The notes under the pieces: generated by a model
What the model was told of the DNA's origin: nothing
Databases searched by the model: none
The model's input: only the letters and a program-made list of their open reading frames with translations
Assembly: GCA_043228905.1 (NCBI GenBank)
Contig: JBHGNT010000011.1
Coordinates: forward strand, 17,236,001-17,300,000
DNA length: 64,000 bases
Direction of reading: 5' to 3'
Origin: Azolla caroliniana
Taxonomy: Eukaryota; Plantae; Polypodiophyta
Translations under genes and position numbers: made by a program
Shown here: positions 24,095-34,619 of the stretch, piece after piece
Position numbering within the stretch: position 1 is the stretch's first letter
How the letters are laid out: each line of letters opens with the position of its first letter

Positions 24095-27000
24095 GTGGCC
24101 CATGTGACAGAAAATGCACTTAGGATGACCCTATGGAATTGTAATGGCGCACTCTGGGCACACCCCGGCCGCCTAGAGGAGATACTAAAGGTATATGATA
24201 TACTTTTCTTGGTAGAAACACATCAGAGCCCAAATAGAGGACTCCCACGGGTCGAAGGATTCCGTTGGGAGTCCGCTTTTAGACAAACCTCACGTCGACA
24301 CACTACTAGGGGATCTGGAGGTGTCGCGATACTATTTCGTAGAGAGCTACATAATAGGATAGAAATAATGAAGATAGACCCAAAAGCTCGTTTTATGTGG
24401 GTGAAAGTCTCCACAAGCAAAGACCATGCAGTATTTTTCGCCATTTGTTACTTTCCCCCAAAAGGATCCCGTTATAATATTAGTGGCTTGACGAGATTAG
24501 TCGATGAAGGAATGCCACATGGGCCTTCTCCATACGAACCCCTATCGGATGACATAATCCGATATTCTTCCCAAGGAGAAGTATTTCTTGTAGGAGACTT
24601 CAATGCGAGAACCCAATCCCGACAATGCACAGTATTTCAGATGAATAGAAACCTAGAAATGGTAAATGTTGATCCTTTAGACATAGGCACCACACGTAGA
24701 TCAAAGGATCAAGGTGCGGACGCCACGAGCTTTGGCCATCATCTGCTCGAACTTGGCAGTCGGCACCAGATGGTCATATATAATGGTTTAGCTAAGTGGC
24801 CGGGCTCGGAAGAGCTCACATGTTTCCCACATGGAGGAGGGGAAAGCACAGTTGACTATCTAATAGGGCGCCCGGTAGCTACCCGCTTGATTAACTCCTT
24901 CCGAGTGGCCCCATGCCCTATTGGCGCAGACCATAGCTTCTTATACTTCGAGCTAAAATGTGATATCTCTAAGGTCACCAAGTCTAGTCAACCATGCCAT
25001 CACACCACAATACATTTCACACATGAGCTCTCTGACATATACTCTCAACATGTTCAGGCCCATCTCCCCTCCATTGATCCCTCTCTACCGTTAGAAAGCC
25101 TTAGTACAAAACTCACACACATCCTTCACTCCGCAGCAGCTAGTAGTTTCCCATATACAAAACACTCAAATCAAGGTAGATCAGGATCAATGCCACAAAA
25201 TAAATGGTATGACAAGGATTGTAGGGACCTACATAGACAACTTACAGTATCGCAACTCAATGGTAGTATTACCTCCACACAAGCTCGCAAAGAAATGCGT
25301 AAGATGACACATCGTAAGAGACGAGCGTGGGAGGCATCCCAATACTGGGAACTCTACCATATGCTCATGAGTAGCGATTGCGCCACGGCATGGAAGAGAC
25401 TACGGGAGCCAAGACCACAAACACCCATCGAAGATCCCGAAACTTGGCACACATATACAGAGAGACTTTACCAAATCCCAAACCAACCACCTTTTCCAAT
25501 GCCTTCCATACCCCGGCCTACCACGGGGACACTTTTCACGACCTCTAGGGTCATGAAGGTCATAAAGAAATTACAACATAGGAAGTCCATGGACCACACA
25601 GGATTGCGAGCAGAACACATTATATATGCGAGAGAGTGCCTAGCTCCTTGCTAACTCTAATCTTCAATCGTGCCCTTGCGGAGGGTTTTCCACCACAGTG
25701 GACTATGAATACAGTGACCCCCATACATAAAGGGGGGGACCCCATGGACCCAAATACATATAGGACCATTATGATAGGCCATACCCTTGCTAAGTTATAT
25801 GGTGCAATAATGGAAGCAGAGCTTAGCGACTACATGGAGACCCTAAACCTTCGTGCACCTGAACAAGCTGGCTTTAGACGAGCCTTCTCCACTATTGATC
25901 ACATCTTCACACTTAGATGCCTAATTGACCAAACTAGGGCTCGCAAGAAGAGATTATATTGTTGTTTTGTGGACTTCCGCAAAGCCTTTGACACAGTCCC
26001 TAGAGATCGATTGTCTGATAGACTTAAAAGCTTGAGGATACTAGATGATATGGTATGGGCCATCTACGCACTATATGAACAAGTGTCCGGGTGTGTCCGA
26101 TGCCCAGGTGGCCTATCCAATCGTTTCACTAGCACTATTGGTGTAAAACAAGGTTGCCCCCTATCACCGACGCTTTTTGGGATCTACATTGATGAGATCA
26201 CAGATTTTATTGCTCGTGAGGGAGGCACCGGAGTGGTCCTTGGGGATACGCAGGTTCGTATCTTGCTCTATGCGGATGACATAGTTTTGCTCTCTGAATC
26301 CGAACACGACCTACAGAGGCACCTCAATGCCTTAGATGACTTTTGTGTACAACAAGGATTGGTAGTGAATCTAGGGAAAACGAAAGTCCTTATCTTCCAC
26401 ACATCGGCCCAAGTTAGAGCTAAGTGTCACCTAACTATCTCCCATAGCCCAGTCGAGGTGGTTGGATCGTACGTATATCTCGAAGTCACTTTTAGTGCCC
26501 GCTCAGGTAAATTTTCGATGACACAGGCAGCGAAGGATAGACTCACGAGAGGACATGCATCCCTCTCACTCCTAGAGAGACAATGCCACCAAGCACACTT
26601 TCAAGAGCCACGGACTAAAGGGTGGCTCTTTGACTCATTAGTGACCCCCTCCCTCATGTATGCATCAGCAGTTTGGGCTCCAGGATTACCATCCTTCATG
26701 TGGACGCAATTAGAGAGACCATTGGTGATGATGCTATCACGCCAACTCCGAAGCAAATCGATTGTACCACATGACATTATTAGGGCCGAGTTCACGTTAC
26801 CCCCAATGCTAGTAGAGGCACTTTTTCAACTTGTAGTCTTTATTGATAGGATACATAGCCAACCACATGATAGAATATCTCACCAAGCCTTTAAGGCCTC
26901 TCGATCATTGTATGAGTCCGGCTATACTAGCTCATGGTATGGCATGATGGTGACTTGGCTTCTTGCAAATGGTCTAGACATTAATAACCTACCTCCCCTT

Positions 27001-27825
27001 AGGTACAACCACACGAGTGATAACACCTTAATCTCTCATGAGAACCGCAATAAAGTAATACGCCAAGAAATATGGCAAATTTACACTCGGTGTAAATGGA
27101 TCACCCCACTAGAGCCACTCCCATCTAAAATGTCGTACTATAAGAAACACTTCATGCACTTCTCTGAGTTAGGTTTTATCACACGGCCAAAATATCTAGA
27201 TGTATTCTTACCACATGCACTAAGGGTTGCCATTGGACAACTTAGAATATCGTCTCACCAACTTGAGATTGAAAATGGCCGTACTAGTGGAGTCCCTAGG
27301 GAGGAAAGGATATGTAGGTTATGTCACATAGAGATAGAGGATGAGTACCACTTTACATGCAAGTGTCCAACCTATGCCGAGATAAGGGCAAAATACCAAG
27401 ACATACTTGGTCCGTCTCCCACCCTCCCCAAACTATTAGATACTCTAGATATAAAGAAATTAGGCAAATACATTCTAGAGCTAAAACAACACAGAGAGAA
27501 TAAATTACAAAATGTTGACAATAATGTTGCTAATGATCACGAACATGTAACAAATGCAGTTTTTCAGGAACCTGAGGAGACAACGAATGTCGACACACTT
27601 GCACCACTCGGCCTTTCCATTGATGAGGCAGAAAACCAGAGAAGAACCAGACGTCCTCAGGTTCCGGGTTTCCAAACAACTCAACGTGATGTGGAAGCAA
27701 TATTGAAAATAAGGGAACGTGAGCTACACCGCCTAGAAGCCATGGCTAGGGCACTCTCTACATTGGAACCCACATCAAGACCCTTTGACCCCCCACTTCT
27801 TTTCGAGAGGCTTGGGTGGAAATAA
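24095..27825 (+). pseudogene. LINE ORF2 (AP endonuclease and reverse transcriptase), single 1-bp frameshift
   Basis: WNCNG, LVETH, GDFNAR, VDY, ADH (EN). FVDFRKAFD, QGCPLSP, LYADD (RT). CRLC..EDEYHF..KC. One frame break at ~25645. Confidence 0.92.
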
Positions 27826-28026
27826 AATTAGGCTTAGTGTATAGTCACTTTCGAGTATACTACATATTGTACACTACTAGAACTCTTTTAGTTTAAGTTC
27901 TATTTTTTTTTACTTAATTTTATTTTTAGTTATGATGACTGGATAAATACTCTATTGTTGTAAACCAGTTGTCTCATGGGCCAAATTTGGCCTTAGAAGA
28001 CGTTAATACATCTTTCTTTCTTTCTT

Positions 28027-28071
<45 letters not shown>

Positions 28072-28962
28072 TAATTGCTTCATTACTAAAGAAAAAACAC
28101 AACCATGACTAACTATAAAGTATAGAACCCTTGTATCTAGGGATCTAAAGACTACTACGACTCCAAACTCAATGCCACCCTACACACCAATTCAAATGGT
28201 GAATATGATGATATGTGACCTTGCAAAGTTCTCTCTCTTCATGGTTGAGATTTCGTGACTTCTCTAGCACCATCAATTGCCATAAAAGAAGTCCTTTTAA
28301 CTTTAGTACATATTTTCTCACCCCAACTTGCAAATCAAAAGTTAAGGCATTCCGCATATTCCAATTGAACCATAGCCCCCAATACTTCAAGAACTCAAAA
28401 ATAATTTGGAAATGAGGCATTGGTTCATCGTTCTCCATATGTGCAAAAACCCAACTAAAGGAAGATAGACTTACTATAGTTAGAGACATCCACACCAAAC
28501 TAATACACCTCCAAACCATCCTTGCCATCGGGCATGAAAGAAATCGATGTCTACTATGTTCCAATTCCACCGAACAAAAGAAACATGATCCTTTAGTAAT
28601 GTTTCTTTTTTTTAATGCATCCCCCAATGGTAAAGTTCCAAGCATAGCTCTCCAAATAAATACCATCAATCGAGAACACCAACCTGCCTTGATCACATGA
28701 AGCCACCAAGTAATGGGCTTATGAAAACCCCATATCTTTATAACCCTTACTTCCAACCACTTATATTTGTCAATCAACTTGTGATAAGTAACATTTGTTG
28801 AGATCATAGTCAATCTCTTATTTTCAACAAACCTCCAATCAAGCTCTTGAGATCACCCATCTAAATCAAGAATTGGCTCATATGAAGATAGTATTTCTTG
28901 CCAATTATCCCAAATAAAGGTATAACCTTTTGGAATACAAAATTGTTGCCCAAAGAAGAGTA

Positions 28963-29300
28963 TGTTCCGGAGGTCCGGATAATAGCTATTTAGTAATATT
29001 CTATTAACTTAGTAATGAGGGATCCAGATGGATGTACCGATCTAGATCTGCACCGTTTTGTATCTATACCGATTGGAGTATGCATCGTTTTGTATCAGAA
29101 CCAGATACCTATATAAAGGATCCAGAGTGTATGTATTGAGAGCAAGTAATATAATCTTTGTTGTTTATCTTGCATACTTGTCATTTGTACTTTCATGTTT
29201 TAATCTTACGTGTGTTAATATATGCCGGATGTTGTGTGTTCCGGATACATAACCGGTTTATCTCTAATTGTCTATGGACCAATCCAACATCCCGACCACA
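28963..29300 (+). mobile_element. Probable solo LTR (~340 bp) inserted in the LINE
   Basis: Starts TGTTCC and interrupts the LINE frame. Shares GCACCGTTTTGTA and CCTATATAAAGG with the LTR at 813-1196. Right boundary ambiguous (29300 or ~29311). Confidence 0.55.
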
Positions 29301-30576
29301 CCTTTGGAGAAAGTATTCTAGGAAGGGAATACCTTGTGTTTGCGGCTAAGGTCTAGCCCAAGATAAACAAAAATGTTGATCTTGTTTTTCAAAAGGCCAT
29401 TAATCTTCTTTGTGACACCAAAATAACATCCTTGACTGTTACCAAACCCAATCTAGTTATCTAATTAAATTGAAGGTTAAGAATTTGTTTAGCTTCCCAC
29501 CTCAACAACCTTGATGTCGCTGAAACCTCCATTTGTAATGAATTAGCACATCCCCTTTCTTGTGGAGGATGCCATTCCACAAAATCCAACATACTTTGCC
29601 AAGATGTCAACAAATGATTAACTATAATAGACCCTACACATTTGACATCCCTATAAGAATTAAGTACATTCCACCAATTAGCTTCAACCTTCATGTTTCC
29701 AAGCTTAATTCATTTCTTCTCTATAAAGTACGCTACCATTTCCGTCCAACGTTGTCGTAGTGTAGGTTGCACACTATGTGGAAATTATATTTTTGTCCCT
29801 CCGGATAGAGAATGGAGTGCTCGGTGAGAACCGGAAGAAAACGGCATACCGGCAAGGAGGAAAAACGGCATACCGGCAAGGAAGAGCCGGATAAAGAGAC
29901 ATAAATGTAAAAAGAAAGGAAATACTCACTACTGCGCAGGGCGTGATTCGAACTCTACACCTCCACGTTGACAAACCCCAACCTTACCATTACATTAACT
30001 TATCTTAAGTGCTTTAAATATAGATTTAATATGTATAAGACCTTTATTTATGCATACCTTTATTAAAAGGTAAATCGTGTATTCTTTAATATATGAAAAA
30101 GAAAAAACACGAGACACTAAAAATAACTCATGCACATCTAGCGTGCATGAGCCCTATACTTAGGAAATAAAAAAGCATCACATGCACATTTAGTGGACAT
30201 GAACACTTTTTGTAAAAAAAAAAAGCATGAAGCCATGCTTAGCTCTTCCTTCCTTATATAAGGAGGAGAGAAATATGTAAAGAGTTGTTGATTATTTGGA
30301 TTAAGAATTAATCAATATAAAAATTATTCGTGGGATTCACGATTTATACATCTACTTCTCTCTTAACACCCTAAGTACCAATTAATATAGTATACTCGTG
30401 TGATTCACGAGTTTCTTATCTTTCTCTTTGCTATTTACTCATAATTAATCTCTATCTCACGAACTTCTTTCTCCTAGTCCAAGACCTCTGTGGTTCCCAC
30501 CCGACTCACGCAACGATCCGGAGCCGAAAGGCACGACACAGTTGGTGAACCCGACGTGAAGACGGGTGGCAAGGAG

Positions 30577-32616
30577 ATGGAGGCTCAACAAGCTAACAAT
30601 ATGATGGCGATGTTCGAACGGATGCTTCAAGAACAACGCACGATGTCGGAGATTTCGGCATCAGTAGAGCGGCTCGTGCAACGCAACGGGCAATTTAATG
30701 GTAAGGATGTGTCGCGATATTTGCAGGACTACAAGGCGGAGATGCTCCGGTGCCGGGCTTCGGAAGGACTGCAAGTGACATCCTTTAACCGGGTGGCGAC
30801 CGACGGGCTTCAAGGGAGTATCCACGGGTTGCAACAACAAAATCCGACGTGGGAAGCATTCGAAGAGGCGTTAAAGACCACGTTTGCCATCGAGGACTCC
30901 TCCAAGGCAACGCGGAGGGGATTCGAGGATTGGGTGGAAACGTCAGGTAAGGGGCTGAAGGTCCTCGAAGTGTTTTCGGCATTCGAAAGTCGGTTCGGGA
31001 GGTTGTCCGCGAGAGATCAAACTATTCTTGCACCGGACAAAGTCATCATGTTTTTGCGAGCTGTGGACGTCCGGGACCGGAAAGATCTCGGAGTGCTTCT
31101 TGAGGACACGACCACCGAAAGCGGCCTCACCGAAACATGGGAAAGCGTGTGGGATATCGTCGCGCGGTACACGAAGAGGGGGCAATGGCTTGCCAACGAA
31201 GAAAAGAGGGTTTCGGAACCGATTCCGAAACCGAGAACGGGATTGGAAGACCATCAACCGAGGGCTCGGGAGATTACGGCCGAGAAGGGAGTCGACGCGT
31301 CTACGGTGGAGCAGCTGCTGAAGGAGATGGAGAATCTAAAGATCGCGATGGTGAAGAAGTCGGATGACCGCCCCACAAGCTCCAAATATACGGATCGACG
31401 GTGCATATGGTGCGATAGCGCCGAACACGATCGGAGGGATTGCGACGACCATAAGGAGGCGCTACGACGGGATCTCATCTACTACGAGGGAAACCGGATT
31501 CATTCGATGGACTCTCGGAAGCCACTCCGACCGAACTTCCGGAAAGGCGGCATGAAGAAGGTGCTCGAGGAGGAGTTAGCGGCAAGAAGCAACTATGCGA
31601 CAACCGCGGGAATATGTGTCGGGGAGTCATCGGGAGCGAAGGCGTCTTTCTGGCCGGAGGTGCTAGGAAACACCGAGAAAACCGACTCCAACGATATCCG
31701 AAACACCGCGGAAGGCGTCCGGGAAGCTACGGGATGGGAGTGCCCTGTCGACAAGAATAGCATATACGCCCTGTGTCAATTACATGAGGTGTATGTGGAC
31801 GAGAAACGACGGCGCACGGAGGATGCGGCCGGACCATCGAAGATACCGGAAAGCTGGAACTCCGGAGGTAAGGGAAAAGAAAAGGCGACTCCGGCATTCA
31901 AGCTCGCCTCGGACATAGAACAACAAACCGACTTGAAAAGAGTGTTCGAGGAAAGAATCTTGGATAGCCGGGTAGATTTTTCGCTGCGGGAACTACTCGG
32001 AATAGCGAAGAAGGAGTTTCACGATCTTCTCGTGGATCTCGTAAAAAGGAAGAGACAAAGTACGGAGGAAAATGCTCCAAGGGTGAATGCAAATACCGTT
32101 TCAATGAACGACACCGAAGTGGAAGGCGAAATTCCGAACTCCCACTATACAAGGCCACACTGGGCACGTGCGACTACGGAGACTCCGGTCCGAATCGGCA
32201 ACATCAAAGAACCCGTGCTAGCATTGATTGATCACGGATCGGAGATCAACTTGATGTCCAAGGAGTTCTACCGAAAGGGGAAGTGGCCTATAAACACCAA
32301 CCATGGATGGAAGATTCGGGCAGCCACGAAAACGACAGAAGACCTATTTGCGGCTTGTCCGGATGTGACGGTAAAGATCGGGGATGTCGAAATTGACCAA
32401 AATTTCTTTGTGCAGGATGAGGTTTCACATTCTGTCATCCTCGGCCAACCCTTTATCACGGCTTCACGGATGGAGACGAAGGTGCTCGATAGTGGTGCGG
32501 CTTTTGCGCGAATTCGGAGCCAAAACGGAGGGAAATCCGTCCAATTCCTAACGGTGCCGGCAAATCACGAAAGGAACAAGAGGGAACTCTTGTCCCAAGT
32601 GAGAATGGATTTTTAA
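30577..32616 (+). CDS. gag: Gag-protease polyprotein
   Basis: Uninterrupted ORF with CIWCDSAEHDRRDC knuckle and ALIDHGSEINLM protease. Clearly homologous to 17948-20101. Confidence 0.9.
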   Translation: MEAQQANNMMAMFERMLQEQRTMSEISASVERLVQRNGQFNGKDVSRYLQDYKAEMLRCRASEGLQVTSFNRVATDGLQGSIHGLQQQNPTWEAFEEALKTTFAIEDSSKATRRGFEDWVETSGKGLKVLEVFSAFESRFGRLSARDQTILAPDKVIMFLRAVDVRDRKDLGVLLEDTTTESGLTETWESVWDIVARYTKRGQWLANEEKRVSEPIPKPRTGLEDHQPRAREITAEKGVDASTVEQLLKEMENLKIAMVKKSDDRPTSSKYTDRRCIWCDSAEHDRRDCDDHKEALRRDLIYYEGNRIHSMDSRKPLRPNFRKGGMKKVLEEELAARSNYATTAGICVGESSGAKASFWPEVLGNTEKTDSNDIRNTAEGVREATGWECPVDKNSIYALCQLHEVYVDEKRRRTEDAAGPSKIPESWNSGGKGKEKATPAFKLASDIEQQTDLKRVFEERILDSRVDFSLRELLGIAKKEFHDLLVDLVKRKRQSTEENAPRVNANTVSMNDTEVEGEIPNSHYTRPHWARATTETPVRIGNIKEPVLALIDHGSEINLMSKEFYRKGKWPINTNHGWKIRAATKTTEDLFAACPDVTVKIGDVEIDQNFFVQDEVSHSVILGQPFITASRMETKVLDSGAAFARIRSQNGGKSVQFLTVPANHERNKRELLSQVRMDF

Positions 32617-34619
32617 AGCGGACTGTTGCGGAGTGGGGAAGTGATAGTCCGAGAAGCCCTGATACCCCACACAGGAAGAAAAGTCTCGGAGCAAAACAAG
32701 TACGAATCGGCCCGGATGGGGCATCTACGTACACAGCCGTAACCGGAGGAATGAAGAAACAATACCGACAAGTGGAGGATAAGTTACGGTCGGCATCAAT
32801 AATAAAAGAAGACGAAGAAATCGTGGGAGTGATCGAGGAAGTGTTCTATGGGAATACACTACAACGGCTTGAAGAGCTTGCGGAAGATAAAAGCCAAGGG
32901 AACCGGGTAGTCCCGGTGGAATCGGTCGAGATGTACGAGATCGTTGCGAAAATGGGGCCGGGTGCGCTCCGCAAAGAAGAAGCAATGGTAAGTACGAAAT
33001 ACAAGACCGTGGAGAAGAAGGTGAAACCGGCCGCGGGACCACTACCCGCCGATAGCGAACAAAAGAAGAAAGAAGTCTCGGGAGATCCGACACTTCGGAA
33101 GTCCGTGGATATCGGACATGCCTTCACAGATGAGACCCGGAAGAAACTTCGGATCGGTGGAGGTGGGTTCCTCTTACAAGAAGAAGAAAAACGGTTTCGA
33201 GAGATGTTGGAGCAACGCGGCAAAGCATTCGCGTTCACATCGAGGGAGATCGGATGCATTGATCCAAAGGTAGTGGAGCCGATGGTGATTTTCACGATTG
33301 ATCATGTACCGTGGAACCTGAAGCCGATTCCGGTGCCACGGGCGCATATTCCGAAAGTCATCGACTTGCTCAAGGAGAAGGTGGCGATGGGGATTCTAGA
33401 GCCATCAAGTGCTCCGTACTCAAATCGATGGTTTACGGTTCCAAAGAAGAATGGGTCACTCCGATTCATCCAAGACTTGCAACCGGTGAACAAGGTCACG
33501 ATCCGGAACTCGGGAGTCGGTCCGATAGTGGACGAATTCGCGGAAGCTTTTGCCGGACGTGCGATATACTCCATCGGGGACCTATACTCGGGGTATGACC
33601 AATTCCAACTAGCCGTGGAGAGCCGAGACATCACTACCATGCGGACACCGATAGGACTAGTTCGAATGTGCACACTACCACAAGGAGCGACAAACTCGGT
33701 TGCACATATGATGAACGCGATGAACAAGGTGCTTCGAGATTGCATCCCGGAGATAACGATGCCGTTTCTAGATGACATTCCGATGAAAGGATGCGCGGTG
33801 GAAGAAAAAGATGAGACTATGGATGATCGGGGATGCCGAAAGTTCGTGGTCGACCATATTCATGATTGCGAGAAAGTGTTGCGAAAGCTAGAAGATGTGC
33901 ACCTAACACTTTCCGGGGAGAAATCGGCATTCGGGCAAGAAGAAATATTGGTGGTCGGACATCTATGTGGACCCTACGGCCGAAGACCGTCACCAACAAA
34001 GATCGATGCGATTCAAGCTATGAAGGAAGTATGTGAGTCAACATCGGAAGTCCGAAGGTTTCTAGGTGCGTGTGCATTCTATCACATATGGATTCCGCAC
34101 TATGCACATATAGCGGACCCGCTCTATCACTTGTTGCGGAAAGGTAAGAAATTCGAGTGGAAACCGGAACACACTAAAGCCATGAGGAAGCTCAAGAAGA
34201 CACTATGGAGGGCGGAATCACTTAAGAAGCCAAGCTACGAGCGGCCAATCATAGTAACGGTTGATACAAGTCCAACCGGTATCGGGTGGGTCATCAATCA
34301 AGCCGACTCGGATGGTTCGCGGTATCCGATCCGATTTGGAGCAAAGGTCCTCAACGAAAGGCAACGCGGATATGCACAAGTCAAAAGAGAATTGTGGGGA
34401 GTCGTGTCGGCGATAAAATCGGATCGGGATTATTTGATCGGAGCTGAAGTGGTGATCGAGACGGATTGTCTTCCGATACTCGGGATGATGCGGTGTTGTA
34501 CGATACCGGATGTGGCTATGCTAAGGTGGATTGCATATGTCAAGTCACTTAATCCGGAGGTTCGACACATCTCGGGGAAGGACAACGCGGTAGCGGACAT
34601 GTTATCGAGGGCGCGGTAG
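32607..34619 (+). CDS. pol: Pol (RT and RNase H only), in the -1 frame relative to gag
   Basis: Open from the GGATTTT site at 32607. LPQGATNS, FLDD, TVDTS, ADMLSR, then TAG. Integrase absent. Confidence 0.9.
   Translation, partial: GFLKRTVAEWGSDSPRSPDTPHRKKSLGAKQVRIGPDGASTYTAVTGGMKKQYRQVEDKLRSASIIKEDEEIVGVIEEVFYGNTLQRLEELAEDKSQGNRVVPVESVEMYEIVAKMGPGALRKEEAMVSTKYKTVEKKVKPAAGPLPADSEQKKKEVSGDPTLRKSVDIGHAFTDETRKKLRIGGGGFLLQEEEKRFREMLEQRGKAFAFTSREIGCIDPKVVEPMVIFTIDHVPWNLKPIPVPRAHIPKVIDLLKEKVAMGILEPSSAPYSNRWFTVPKKNGSLRFIQDLQPVNKVTIRNSGVGPIVDEFAEAFAGRAIYSIGDLYSGYDQFQLAVESRDITTMRTPIGLVRMCTLPQGATNSVAHMMNAMNKVLRDCIPEITMPFLDDIPMKGCAVEEKDETMDDRGCRKFVVDHIHDCEKVLRKLEDVHLTLSGEKSAFGQEEILVVGHLCGPYGRRPSPTKIDAIQAMKEVCESTSEVRRFLGACAFYHIWIPHYAHIADPLYHLLRKGKKFEWKPEHTKAMRKLKKTLWRAESLKKPSYERPIIVTVDTSPTGIGWVINQADSDGSRYPIRFGAKVLNERQRGYAQVKRELWGVVSAIKSDRDYLIGAEVVIETDCLPILGMMRCCTIPDVAMLRWIAYVKSLNPEVRHISGKDNAVADMLSRAR

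Larger units (their letters stand above)
22790..28066 (+). mobile_element. Near-intact full-length non-LTR retrotransposon (RTEX/RTE-like)
   Basis: GC/CT-rich 5' UTR, ORF1 and ORF2 (APE endonuclease, RT, Cys/His motif). 3' tail is (CTTT)n(CT)n, not poly(A). 5' boundary approximate; clade assignment is inference. Confidence 0.85.

Noticed and set aside
29930-29997. Genuine tRNA gene
   Set aside because: A/B-box-like motifs are present, but no convincing acceptor or anticodon stems. Reported only as a tRNA-like module.
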